This document shows, piece after piece, positions 39,101 through 50,056 of a stretch of 64,000 nucleotides of DNA. Position numbers and translations under genes: made by a program. Position 1 is the stretch's first letter; each line of letters starts with the position of its first letter. The stretch covers positions 1,097 to 65,096 of the forward strand of contig BPDA01000004.1 in assembly GCA_019654055.1 (NCBI GenBank), in the 5' to 3' direction. This stretch comes from Methanobacteriota archaeon. GTDB taxonomy: Archaea > Thermoplasmatota > Poseidoniia > Poseidoniales > Thalassarchaeaceae. The notes under the pieces were generated by a model. It was not told the DNA's origin. It worked only from the letters and a program-made list of their open reading frames with translations, and did no database searches.

Positions 39101-40897
39101 GTGCGACGGCGTATGACAGAACGCCCGCTGGCTCGTGGTGTGGCCGCAAGGCAGCGTTTCGCAAGGCTGATGCCGCTAGGTGACAGGAACCAGCCTGTTG
39201 GGTGGGCACCGGGTCTAGTTCTGGGTCCGCATGACCCCGAAATCGACCCCTCTCTGGCGCCATTCTCGTGCTCGAGGAGTCAAGGCGACGTGCCAGCGAC
39301 CATCTCTATGTCTACGAGGGCGGAGATGTGCTATCCGTTCGACTCTACCGACACATGGGATGCATTGGAGGGTCTGACGCTTCCTCCGAGCCTCGCCGAA
39401 GCGGATTCGGGGGAGGCCGGTCACGGCTCCCAGCTGCTGCCCGTCTCATGGCAGTCCATGCACCACGACCAGAGCCTCAACGACCTCGAACTGGAGCCTT
39501 CAGTCATAGCCCTAGTCGACGCAGCGCAACTAGCCGAGCGCCCCGGAATGCTGGTTGAGGCGCTTGATGCCCTCAGGGTACGCTTCCCAACGTCCCTCAT
39601 ATGGACTCCTGGAATAGCAGGCCCTGACAACTGTGCGCTCCTTTCATGGATGGGAGTCGATCTGTTCGACACGACGCGCTCGAGACGAGCCGCGTCGCTA
39701 GGTGTGATTCTCACCGAAGACGGGCCGAGGCTACCTGAGAAAACGCTCGGCGAAAACGCCGACATGGACGCTCAGTGCGCTGCATGGACGCGCGCTATCG
39801 CAGCCACAAGAACTGCGATTCGGAACGGCTCGGTGCGTGAGCTGGCCGAGCGTCAGAGTGCTTCCAGTCCACGCTCGGTGGAGCATCTTCGCCGACATGA
39901 CTCCTTGATGAGGGGGTACGAAGGTGCTCGTTCCGGCCTAGCTAGAGTGGTCGGGCATGAGCACAGACTGAGATGCCACACCTACTCGAGCCGAAATGAC
40001 GCCCTTATTCACGACTGGCGTAGTAGAGTAGCAGACCAGCACCAGCCACCAGAGCACCAGAGAAAGGTGCTGCTTTTGCTACCGTGCTCGGCGGTGAAGC
40101 CGTACCGCACTTCACAGAGTCACAGGAGATTCTTGAGAGCAATAGGCTCCGATGCTGTGCATCAGGTGATAGTCACCGCTCCTCTTGGGCTCGTTCCGAG
40201 GGAGCTGGAGGAGATTTGGCCTGCGGCAAACTACGACATCCCGGTGACCGGCGAATGGGATGCCGACGAACTAGCAGTGATCCACGATATGACAACCCGC
40301 TTCGCCTCTAGAGTCGGATACTCTAGGGTAATCAATCACTCAGGTGTCGACATCGAGTTCGACGGAGCAGAGACGGTGGACACCCGTCAAGGTGATTCAG
40401 CAGGTTCGACAGAAGCGCTATCGAGATTGCAGGAGGAAGTAGAGCGAGCAAGCTCAGAATTCAGTCTTGAGAACCTGAGGAGGCCCGCCCACAGGTTGGC
40501 TCAGATGCGCGCGCTATCACGCTTCCAGCATGGTACCGATACTTGGCTGGATGGGTCCAAGGTGCAGGGGCGACCACCAATCTTCACCATTACGAAGGAT
40601 GGCGAGCAGACCGCCCAATGGAATCCGAGAAGCGGCAGATTCGCCTTCTCCAAGGCATCCCTACCACTGCTCGACGCTTGCGATGCGGCACCAAGAGTCA
40701 CTCTGAAGCCGGGATTGGAGTGGAGAGGAGATTTGTTCTCTACCAATGTCGAATCCGCAGAGGCAGGCATTAGGGCTGGCGACGAGATTCTCGTGATGCA
40801 GGAAGGCCGACTTGTTGGCTCCGCACGTGCCGAAGCCGCGGGTTGGGAGTGGCCTGACGGCCCTGGTAGGCTGGCCCGCTCCCAGCACAGGCTGTAA
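39101..40897 (+). CDS. arcS: Archaeosine synthase alpha subunit (ArcS; TGT-like N-terminus, DUF5591 domain, C-terminal PUA)
   Basis: DUF5591-type strings LLLLPCSAVKPYRTSQSHRRF and VIVTAPLGLVPRELEEIWPAANYDIPVTGEWD. PUA-like C-terminus (AGDEILVMQEGRLVGSARAEAAGWEW). The start codon is uncertain (GTG at 39101 or a downstream Met). Confidence 0.75.
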   Translation: MRRRMTERPLARGVAARQRFARLMPLGDRNQPVGWAPGLVLGPHDPEIDPSLAPFSCSRSQGDVPATISMSTRAEMCYPFDSTDTWDALEGLTLPPSLAEADSGEAGHGSQLLPVSWQSMHHDQSLNDLELEPSVIALVDAAQLAERPGMLVEALDALRVRFPTSLIWTPGIAGPDNCALLSWMGVDLFDTTRSRRAASLGVILTEDGPRLPEKTLGENADMDAQCAAWTRAIAATRTAIRNGSVRELAERQSASSPRSVEHLRRHDSLMRGYEGARSGLARVVGHEHRLRCHTYSSRNDALIHDWRSRVADQHQPPEHQRKVLLLLPCSAVKPYRTSQSHRRFLRAIGSDAVHQVIVTAPLGLVPRELEEIWPAANYDIPVTGEWDADELAVIHDMTTRFASRVGYSRVINHSGVDIEFDGAETVDTRQGDSAGSTEALSRLQEEVERASSEFSLENLRRPAHRLAQMRALSRFQHGTDTWLDGSKVQGRPPIFTITKDGEQTAQWNPRSGRFAFSKASLPLLDACDAAPRVTLKPGLEWRGDLFSTNVESAEAGIRAGDEILVMQEGRLVGSARAEAAGWEWPDGPGRLARSQHRL

Positions 40898-40962
40898 TCC
40901 ACCCTCCGAGTGTCTACGCAGCGATTAAAGAGGGGGAGCAGGTCCCCCGGACGCCTGAGGAT

Positions 40963-41424
40963 TTGCACATGTCACGCATGCACAGCGGAGGTAAGGGTCG
41001 CAGCGGCTCCAGCAAGCCAGGAGTGAGCGAGGCGCCCGCATGGTCGGAATCCGACAAGAATGAGGTCGAGGAGTTGATCGTGAGGCTGGCTCAGGAGGGG
41101 AACTCCACTGCGATGATAGGCACCATATTGCGCGACCAGCACGCCGTGCCCGATGCCAGACTCGTCACCGGCGAGAGAATCTCCCAGACCCTATCAAGGA
41201 AAGGTATCACCAGCACATACCCTGAGGACCTGATGAATCTCATGCGCCGCGCACTCAGTCTAATTGACCACCTGTCTGCCAACAAGAAGGACCTACACAA
41301 TCGCCGTCAGTTGGAGCTGTGCGAATCGAAGATTCGACGCCTAGCCAGCTACTACAAAGGCACCGGAAGGATAGACGAGGACTGGGTGTACAAGCAGGAT
41401 CAACTGCGACTGATGGTCGAGTGA
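40963..41424 (+). CDS. rps15: 30S ribosomal protein uS15 (archaeal S15P/S13e type)
   Basis: MSRMHSGGKGRSGSSKP... N-terminus and the C-terminal HLSANKKDLHNRRQLELCESKIRRLASYYKGTGRI. A TATA-like GATTAAAG lies at 40923-40930. Confidence 0.92.
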   Translation: MHMSRMHSGGKGRSGSSKPGVSEAPAWSESDKNEVEELIVRLAQEGNSTAMIGTILRDQHAVPDARLVTGERISQTLSRKGITSTYPEDLMNLMRRALSLIDHLSANKKDLHNRRQLELCESKIRRLASYYKGTGRIDEDWVYKQDQLRLMVE

Positions 41425-41425
41425 C

Positions 41426-41473
41426 GAGCGCAGGGGATTTGAACCCCGACTCCACAGGGGGGGCATGCGCTCG
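41426..41473 (-). other. tRNA-like acceptor-stem/T-arm minihelix (not a complete tRNA)
   Basis: The minus strand reads CGAGCGCA-UGCCCCCCUGUGGAGUC-GGGG-UUCAAAU-CCCC-UGCGCUCG. This gives an 8-bp outer stem (41426-41433 with 41466-41473) and an inner GGGG/CCCC stem capped by the canonical T-loop UUCAAAU. No D arm or anticodon arm could be folded. Confidence 0.35.
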
Positions 41474-42359
41474 CTGCTGGGGACCGAACCACTCGCTGCG
41501 GTGTCGAGTGTCCTGTCGCAGGCGGCCGACCAACTCCGCAGTTCTAGCAGCCCAATACTGCTTCTGGCAGCCCCTTCTCTCCAGGGTGCCCTAGCCATCG
41601 CGCCGATAGAGGCGGGCCCTTTGGGCGACGCCGGGCTGCCCTACCGCCGCCGATTCAGGCTACAGTCCCCCTCTGACGGCTCGTGGGTACACGTCCTCGG
41701 ACCGGCGGATGAGAGCGGCCCGAGACTGTCATCAGACCCCACGCAACTGTCTCTGGCAGGCACCGTGGTCGAGGGCCTCACCGGGCATCAGGGTGACTCA
41801 CGCAAGGGTCCTCTGACTGCTGTCGCGCAGTCCCATGCCTTGGCGCAGGAGATCTCCCCTGATGGGACCAGGGTTCGCCGACTCAGGCCTTGGGCGATAT
41901 CGGGGAACTGGCTGCATTCCGCCCTTGACACGACCTACGACCCGGTTTTCACCGCCCTGCGAGATGCACTGGCAGAGGACGGCTCGATTAGGGTGGTCCC
42001 GCTGCCCGAGGTTCCCGAGCCAAACGTCTCGTCAAGCAACTGGATTGACCCGGGGGCCTGGACGCAGTGACATCGCGCTGGCCCACCTGGATCTGGAGGG
42101 GAGGGCACGGGCTCTCTCACACCTGATGCGTCCAGCGTTGTCCCGTTCCACCCCCTCCACCGCTAGGCTCGAGGAGATTGGCTGGCACTGCGTGTTGGGT
42201 CCGGGGTGGTCCACCGACCTCGCAGGCAATTCCTCGCCGCCTCCTGTGGAAGGAGGAGTCCGCAGTAATCGCCGCGGGAAGGGTGGTGGACTCGTTTCTC
42301 AGGCGTGGCGTCATTCCTCGATTCTGAGCATGCTGTTGCACTGGGGCACTCCACCCTGA
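41465..42359 (+). CDS. Hypothetical protein, possibly a catalytically inactive RecJ/DHH-like protein; frame apparently broken near 42050-42070
   Basis: ORF 41465..42070 reads on in the frame of ORF 41835..42359 (..NWIDPGAW then ..DIALAHLDLEGRARALSHL..). The RecJ-like idea rests only on position after rps15 and a weak N-terminal pattern (SPILLLAAPSLQGALAIAPI) where DHH proteins carry H-x-D-x-D-G. Confidence 0.35.
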
Positions 42360-42446
42360 GGGGGCGCACTCGGACTCACGGGAACCCTGGTGGAACACGC
42401 CGGACAGTCGATGTACGGCCCCGTGCCGCGCCTGCTGATTTTCTGG

Positions 42447-44324
42447 TCATTTCTGTCTTCGGTGATACGAGGCCACGGGGAGGGCTAGGAGAATAGATGA
42501 GATTGAGACTCCGAAGACAATGGGCATCGGCATACCAAGTACGTAGATCACCAGTGCGAGACATCCAAGCGCGACCACGGTCACTAGCGCAGGGACGCTG
42601 GACCTGCGCTTGGTCAGCGCCATCGCCAATCCGATTCCCACCGAGAGGAACAGCACTGACATCATTGCACCGTATAGCACACTGTACAATGCGAAGCCGG
42701 ACGGCTGGTACTCCACCCTAAAGTCGAGTTCAGGATCGAGTTCCGGCTCGTCAACGGTGAGTACCTCGAGAACCACCCATCGCCTGTGCTTGTACTCGAT
42801 GTCATCGGCTGCAACCGCCCCTAGGTCCTCCAGCAGCGTGGACCTGATCTCGGCTGTGAGCTCAATCTCAGTCCAGTACTCCTCCGTGGACGAGCGCACA
42901 AAGGTCTCCACGAGGACCTGCCTCTCCGCTTCCATTGAGTCATAGTTGTACGATGTGTCGATGAAGATGGTGACGGCATCGGCGCTGAAGGCCCTAGTCC
43001 CCCCCATGTCGATTGTTATCTCCGTTGGGCCGAGTTCAATCGGGTTGACGCCCAGGATTGCCTCTATCTCCAACGACAGTCCGTTGGACATGAACGAGCG
43101 CAGGTTCGTGGCAGATCCCGTCAGGTGCCCCTGCAGCGCCAGCAGCTCGGAGTCGTCCACCCTGCCGTTGTGCTTGTCGGCTGAGGGCACGGAATCGGAG
43201 TAGGAGTTCAGATTTTGCCACCAACTGTTGGAACTCAGGCTCTGGTTGCCTATGTTGTCCAGTCCCCAGCGCATCCACTGGGACATTGAGCCGTCGAACT
43301 TGATCATCGCCTCCCTATCCACAACGTATCCGTTCCACTTCGCATCGATTTCTAGGTCCAACGTCGAGCCCCGGTCCTCAACGGTTCGTTCGCAGGGTAC
43401 CACCCGGAGTCACCCGTGTCCTCACCGAAGACTATCTCGTGAGTCCTAGTCGTGTCGATCTGTAGGCGTTCTGAGGCTTCAGCTGGAAGTCGACGCGTAT
43501 GCTGCCGCCCACCGAGTCATCAGGGGCCTCCCATACGAAGGTCACCTCGACACCACCCTCGACGGTTGTGGCAATGGGCATTTGACTGACCTCTGCGCTC
43601 TGCACCGAGATACCTCCGGTGGAACCTGTCCACATCCTGTCGTCGAAGCCCGACCTGAGGACTATCGGGAAGTAGACCAGCCTACCAAGCACGCTGGCGT
43701 CCTTCATCTCGATGTCCACTAGGGGGAAGCGCACAGAGATGCGGGCATCGTTTGCCTCTGACCCCCACAGGAACCTGATTCCCGCATCGTCTCCCGGTTG
43801 CGAGAAGAGCAGGCTGCGAACGGTGAGGGTGAGTTCTATGAGGTCGCCGTCATTGACGTTGCCCGAACCGACGTCGACGTTGATCTGCAACACTCCCGAA
43901 ACCCGGGCAGGTAAGGGTCGATTCCACCGTCTCCGTCGTAGTACGAGCCCCCGATTCTGATTTCGAGCGTGGAGTTGATCGTGACTCCGACGGCACCTTC
44001 GACCTCGTATGGGATGCTGAACTCCCAGGTAGAGTTCTCGTAGCCCCCCTCGGTTCCCCATACGACTCCCCAAGTTCCAATCTTGATCTCGCTGAGGATC
44101 GAAGGAGTGACCAGTGTGGATTGCGAGTCGTCCTCATCGCTCTCGAGATCCTCGTCGAATGGGGTAAGGGTACCATCATCGGCCTCTCCCATCAGATAGA
44201 GGTCGAAATCAGTCGAGTTGCAGCAGGTCACATCGTCCTGAGCAACCACTGCAAACGGGGACATGCTCATCGCGAGAAGCAGCGTCACGAGAGCCAGCGC
44301 GCTGGGGCGTTGCTCAGAAGGCAT
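42447..44324 (-). CDS. Exported protein with C-terminal multi-helix membrane domain, frame broken at least twice
   Basis: The start ATG at 44324 gives MPSEQRPSALALVTLLLAMSMSPFAVVAQ (signal). Three ORF fragments (43836..44432, 43432..44073, 42447..43403) tile on the minus strand. Junctions lie near 43905-43945 and 43400-43450. The C-terminus has 2-3 TM helices (ALYSVLYGAMMSVLFLSVGIGLAMAL, ALVTVVALGCLALVIYVLG, IVFGVSISSILLALPVA). Confidence 0.6.
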
Positions 44325-44416
44325 CGTACCCCGTGGCCGGCTAGCATCCCTTGAATGCGCCGCCTCGGGGGCCGCCTTGCGCGTGGTTGCGCATGCGGCG
44401 CCTTTGGCGCCGAAAA

Positions 44417-46125
44417 CTAGCCGTGCAGCCAAATTAATGTGGCTGGGCCGCCCTCTGACAGGGACTCCAGCCTAGCGAACCCTACTCTCTCCAGTTGGTA
44501 GACCTCTCCGACCTCCAACTCGAAGTCCTCGAGGAGCCCCTCGTGCGTGACTAGGTCGTCTCCGTCGCTTCTCAGCACCACGGCCTCGCGAGCCATGGAC
44601 GTCGGGACCCAGTGTATGATGGCCCTCTGATCCGACCTCTCGAGAGACTCCACGGTCACCTCATCCCCGGAGATCTCAACATCTGCGAACTCCTTCAACC
44701 GCACCTTGCCCGGTGACAGGTCCGAGGTCTGGATGGCAATCGAGTCTGACAACACCCATTCCCGCGACCCCGGGATGGCCCCGTCGGGGTGCTTGGGGGC
44801 TAGGACCTTCGCACCCACTTCTTCGCCGAGCCGCAAGGTCACTGGAGAAGCCACGAAGCTGCGCCTCTCCGAGGACGAATCGATGAGGCTCGAGTTGAAC
44901 GCCTCTATCGTCTGCATCGATATCGAGATGTCCTTCTGCGTCAGACCTAGGTCTATCCAGAAGTCCCGCAGCGCCTGCGAGCAGAAGCCGCGTCGCCTGA
45001 GCGCTTTGAGGGTGGGCAGCCTCGGATCGTCCCAGCCGTCGTATTCTCCGGACTCCATCGAGGCGCGCATCTGCGAGGTTGAGAAGCCGCCGTACTCGTG
45101 AATCTTGACCCTGCCCCAGTACAGCGTCTCGGGGTACTCCCAACCGAAGTGCTCGTACAGCAACGTCTGCTTGCGTGTACTGTCCATGAGGTCCTTGCCA
45201 CGCACGATGTGAGTGACTCCCTGTTCGTGGTCCTCTATCGCGCTCTGGAAGTCCAGAAGCGGCCACACCTTGTACCTGCTCCCTACGAGGGGGTGGGGGG
45301 CGTGCTGGATTCTCAATGCAGGCCAGTCTCTAAGGGCAGGGTTGGGCAACGTCATATCGGTCATCACCCTGACCACCGCCTCGCCCTCGCTCATCTTGCC
45401 GGCATTCATTGACTCCCAGTCCGACAGGCTCTCAGCGGCGGTTTTGCCCCTGCAAGGGCAGTCCTGCTTACTCTCCCTGAAGCCACGGAAATCGTCGGCG
45501 CTACATCTGCATACGTAGCCGAATCCACCTACAATCATCTGCTCTGCGTACTCCAAGTAGACCGGCATCCTCTCGCTCGCCCTGACGACCACGTCCGCGG
45601 GCCTGCCGGCCAGCCACTCGTACTCATCCTCTATCCAACCGTAAGCATCCGGGAGGGCGGGCTTTACCCGCGTGTCCGTGTCGTCGAACCGCAGCACCAC
45701 TCTGCCCCATGCATCCTGGCGAGCTCCGAGTTAATCACGACACCTCTCGAATGCCCCAGCGTCAGGGGCCCGTTCGGATTGGGGGCGAACCTCAGGACGA
45801 CATCGGAGGTGTCCCCAGACAGCTCCCTGAGACCTTCTGCCTTGCGGCGCTTCTCGCGTTCTAGTACCTCGGGAGCAGTCCTCTGTAGCACCTCTCTGAC
45901 GTGCTCGACCCCCTCGGCCTTGGCCAGCGAGTTGGCAGCGACCACCTCCTCCTCAACCAGACCTCTGAGTCGCTTGGCCATGCTGCGGAGGTCCTCGCGC
46001 TCGGAGAGCAGCCTGCCGAGCACGCTGCCCGCCTGCCCCTGTCCAGAGTACTCGACCGCGTTCTGCAGTGCGTACTTGCGGACGGCAGCGACGATATCTG
46101 GGTCCCAATCGCCGGAATCAGCCAT
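44417..46125 (-). CDS. gltX: Glutamyl-tRNA synthetase, archaeal type, frame broken once
   Basis: Archaeal GluRS N-terminal domain (VRKYALQNAVEYSGQGQAGSVLGRLL). HIGH-type motif RFAPNPNGPLTLGHSRG. Then ..ARMHG with a frame change at the C4 run 45705-45708; one extra base gives HGGRVVLRFDDTDTR. The remaining catalytic and anticodon-binding domains are in ORF 44417..45700. Confidence 0.9.
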
Positions 46126-46172
46126 GATATCGGGAGATACCGCCCAAAAGCAGCATTTCACGCTTCGCGTGC

Positions 46173-46907
46173 TCACCACTGGTCGAGCGATGATTGGCGG
46201 GCTGCAGAGCCACCGCCGTCCCGGACCGGAACGGGCCCACCGTGAACCTCCTCCCAAATGTCCGACACGGTGGACCAGCTCCACCTGAGGCATCCGTTCG
46301 GCAGCTCCCCGGAGACCAGTTCTCTGACGGCTTGTCTAGTCAGGGGATCGGATGGGTATCCGGACCCGATCCTGATTCCCAGACGACCCTCTAAGGCCGC
46401 GATGGAGGCGTCGCGCTCCACCTTGGCGAGAACGCTGGCAGCTCCCGCCACCACATCCCGAGAGTCCATGCCGTGCTCGGACACCACCTCCCACTCCGAC
46501 CACTGGCTCCCTAGACGGGAGGTCAGACGGGTTGTGAAACGCTTCTCATCGACATCGCAGGCATCCGCCATGACGGTGCCTCCGGCGGAATCTTCCGCAG
46601 CGACCTCGATGGCCTCGGCGAAGAGCTCCACCTCGAGGCGGTTCAGGTCGGAGGACAGGCTGTTAGCATCTATCCTCTCGGGGTCGCAGCTCACGATTCC
46701 GATTCCCCACCCTTTGGTTTCTGCCAGCGAGTAGATACTCTCTGAGATGCGTCGTCGTCGTTCCGGAGACAGTTCCTTGGAGTCCTTCGCACCGAGTTCG
46801 CGCAACACACTCTGGTCAACCTCGGGTACACACAGAGCGCAGACCACTAACGGCCCTATCACTGGCCCCCTACCGGCTTCGTCGACCCCAATCTTCAACG
46901 CACTCAT
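46173..46907 (-). CDS. rnhB: Ribonuclease HII
   Basis: IGVDEAGRGPVIGPLVVCA...GAKDSKELSPERR... and the GSGYPSDP motif. Its ATG overlaps the upstream gene's stop as ATGA (46904-46907). Confidence 0.9.
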   Translation of the reverse strand: MSALKIGVDEAGRGPVIGPLVVCALCVPEVDQSVLRELGAKDSKELSPERRRRISESIYSLAETKGWGIGIVSCDPERIDANSLSSDLNRLEVELFAEAIEVAAEDSAGGTVMADACDVDEKRFTTRLTSRLGSQWSEWEVVSEHGMDSRDVVAGAASVLAKVERDASIAALEGRLGIRIGSGYPSDPLTRQAVRELVSGELPNGCLRWSWSTVSDIWEEVHGGPVPVRDGGGSAARQSSLDQW

Positions 46908-49761
46908 ATCTCTAGGTCGTAGTCGTCCGGGCTATCATCATCTCTACTCTTCCTCGGCACGACCCTACGAGTCTCCTGCTCGGCTGAGTCTAACATGGCG
47001 TTGCTCGGGTGTGGCATCTCTCCCTCTGAAATCCTGTCTGCGATTTCGGTTGCCGACTCTATGTCCTGCTCGGCTTGGTGCTCGTCAATCACGTCGCTGG
47101 CGATCTTCACCACCTCCTCGCTGGGTCCCGCGCGCGGCTTCTCGGACAGTCCACCGGACTTCTCGATGAACTCGGCAGCGAAGTCCCGCGCCCCTATCCT
47201 AGGACTCACGGCGAGTTCTGGCGTCTGTCCTCCGCCCTCCTCGAACCTCGCCATCCATCCCTCAGCACTCTCCTCGCCGGGCTGCTCCGGCACCATTAGT
47301 GCAAGCTCACGCTGCTTCCTTACTCTCATCGCCACGACCACCCCTATGCTGCCTGCGATTACGACGATGACGATTAGGATACGTTCGTGCCATGTCTCAA
47401 GCCAGTCGATGGTGCTCTGCAAACCCGCCCCCCCACCTTGTTCGGCAGTGGGCATCGAGGCCGCAGGCACAGCGGCGGTGTCCTGAGCTGTGAACACAAT
47501 GCTCGGGTCCCGGATAGACCGGACCTCAACGGTCAGGATTGCAGTGGTCTCTACAGGGGCCTCCGGCGGGACATCCATCCATGCGCTGAATACCACGGAG
47601 TCACCCGGTTCGACGTCCCTGACCTCGAAAGACCGGGGATTGCCGATCGCGGCGCCGATGAGGGCTCCCGGGGGGGCTGCAGGCCGAAATCTGTGACCAT
47701 GTTGACGTCGAGGTTGACCACTAGACCGTCGGGCTCGTTCCCAGCGTTGGTCAGCGTCCACCTGGATGTCAGGTTGTTGTCGCCAGAGAGGTCCGAGGAG
47801 ACCCTCTCGAGGAACCATTCGTACCTCTCGTCGACCATGACCTCGAACTGCACTGCGTCGGGCGACCAATCCCCAAGCCAGATTCGGGTGTCGACCAACG
47901 CAATCAGGTCCGCGGACGTGTCTTCCGAGACGGTACAGGAGACCTCTATGCCGCTCATCGACTGTCCCGGCCCCAGAGTAATCACGTCCATGCTGGCCTC
48001 GACTGTCAGCCATCCCACTCCCTCCGCTGCCGCTGCGGTCAACAGGAATGAGGAAGTGACGTCGCCGGTGTTCTCTACTCTGAACGAGACGTGGCAGGAA
48101 TCTCCGGGCTGGGTGTCTCCCTCGCATCCGTTCGAATCTAGAGATAGCAGCCCGCCGGTCCGCGGGGTGATGCTGACCGTCTGCGAAACCGTGGACACCT
48201 CCTCAGGGGACGCGCTGCTCCAGACGAGAACCTCGAAGGACAGGGCCCCTGGGTACCTGTCGGGGGCCTGGACTTGGATGTGAGTCTGGCCCGACTCGTT
48301 CGGCGCCATGGCGTCCAGTTCAACCCTGCTGAGCACGATCGCGGCCCAGCCTTCGCTGGACAGCGACATCCCTGGCTCCCCGACCAAAGTACCATCCCCA
48401 TCGGTCTCAGCGATTCCGACGATTAAGTCCCGAACCGAGTTACCTAGATTCCTCACCGTGACGGAAAGGTCGATCACCTCGCCGGGAGAGAGCGAGGCGT
48501 TGCCGCCCCCTTCCTCGATAGATGCACCGTGGTGGAAGCCGTACCTTAGAGAGAAGTTGTACCAGTCTCTGGAACCGTCCGACCCGCTTGTGAGCTGCAT
48601 GCTGAATTGGTGGAGCGAGCCGGCTAGAGGGTAACCGTCCGAGACCGATGGGGCCGTGATTGAGAACTGAACCCACTGGGTCACGTCTGAGGGCGCCTCG
48701 AACAAGTGGCCCGCCTGTGGACTACCGGGTTTCTGCCACCCGATTTCCCAGCCCTGCGCCCCGGTGATGGCCACCATGGCGGTGTCGTCCACCTCGGCGT
48801 GGTTGGTGAAGTTGAAGTTGAGGCCAATGCTGGCACCCGGGTCAATCTCGAACACCGATCCGGACTCGGGGCCAAATCTCACGCTCGACCCTTCAACCTG
48901 CCAAGGGTAGGTGTAGTCAGGGGTCTCGTTGAACACCGTGGCAGCCGCGGCCTGCTGCAGTTCCAATGCGCGCCACGGTGCTATCTGACTGGGTGCGGCG
49001 CTGCCTACCGAGGACTCGCCTGTTATCGTCGAGTGGAACACGCAAGCAGCTAGGTAGGTCCCATCTATTGACGGGTGAGAGCCGTCGCTGCCGTACAGGG
49101 TGGAGAACGCGGTGCTGTCATCCGTCGCGTTGACGCCCGAGGCCTCGACCGCGTCATGGATGTGCTTGAAGGCCAGGCCCACCGGAGCGATGTAGGTGGG
49201 GCGGTCGGAGGTCGAGATGTTCTCGTTGTACATCTCGTAGCCCCTAGAGACACTGTCTTGCATGCTGCTGAAGTCGGGATGCAGCCAATCTCCCTCCTTG
49301 CGACCCCAGGTCATGAACAGTATGGTATCGCCGCCTTGGGACTCTATTCGCTGGTTTAGGTATTCGAGCCCCTCTAGACTTTCCTGCCAGTATTCAGTTT
49401 CAGTCGACAGGCCCGGTACTTGGGATTGGTCCTGTAGGATGACAAAGTCGTGCTGTTGCTGCAGGCTGGCGTTCCACGAATGCCCAGGGGTGTCAGCCCT
49501 CTCGGCGTGCTCGCTCAGCTTCAGTCCGCCACTGGTCAGCGACGTGACCACCGCATCCTCTCCCGAGTCCGTCAGGATGCTGTCCAGCCTGACCGCCAGC
49601 GAGTTGGTCGAGGTGTACGAATTGCCGAGCATGAGGATGTCCAAGGAGCTGTCCCTAGCCTCTGTGCCACGGTCGCCGCCCTCCATTCCCAACAGCGCCG
49701 GAGAACTCAGGTGCAGAATCATGACCAGAGTCATGGCAACTGCCAGAGAACCACGCCCCAT
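46904..49761 (-). CDS. Large exported protein: SGNH/GDSL-like (DUF4886-like) hydrolase domain + CARDB/Ig-like repeats + TM anchor + long acidic tail; frame broken once
   Basis: Signal MGRGSLAVAMTLVMILHLSSPALLG. ILMLGNSYTSTN and GSDGSHPSIDGTYLAACV (SGNH blocks I and V). Frame change at the G7 run 47670-47676; eight bases give GLQPPPGALIGAAIGNPRSFEV. TM ILIVIVVIAGSIGVVVAM. The tail ends DDSPDDYDLEI. Confidence 0.7.
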
Positions 49762-49849
49762 GCCTCGGTGCCAATTCCGTCATGCTATGATTCCTACCCC
49801 CTCGTGATATCTAATCCTGCGAAGTATTGATGGTCTGGGGCGTTGTTGC

Positions 49850-50053
49850 ATGTACATGGCGGGGATATGGCCGTTCGGGAAGAAGCCGGCCGAACCGCGT
49901 CAGGTCAAGCAGCCCGAGAAGCGCAGGATTGTCGAGTACGAGAGGAAGAAGGACGAGCCGTCCAAGGCGAAGGTGGCCGACAGGAGCCACCTAGAGGACG
50001 CTTCATTCAAGGATGCGATGGCGCTGCTCGGGAGCGACACCAAGAAGAAGTGA
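49850..50053 (+). CDS. Small Lys/Glu-rich protein (function unknown)
   Basis: 67-aa ORF with GC-rich third positions like its neighbours. It occupies an otherwise empty divergent/convergent gap. Confidence 0.4.
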   Translation: MYMAGIWPFGKKPAEPRQVKQPEKRRIVEYERKKDEPSKAKVADRSHLEDASFKDAMALLGSDTKKK

Positions 50054-50056
50054 GTA

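Noticed and set aside
40932-40948. Hairpin GGGGGA-gcagg-TCCCCC upstream of rps15 as an S15 autoregulatory leader, or as the arcS terminator.
   Set aside because: The stem is only 6 bp. It lies immediately after the TATA-like box at 40923-40930, so it is probably upstream of the transcription start. No T-tract follows, so the evidence is insufficient.
41426-41510. A complete (possibly intron-containing) tRNA gene on the minus strand after rps15.
   Set aside because: Only the acceptor stem and T-arm can be paired. The candidate anticodon stem (AGCGC/CCTGT) does not pair, and no D arm or alternative 5' acceptor strand exists within 90 nt. It is kept only as a tRNA-like minihelix finding.
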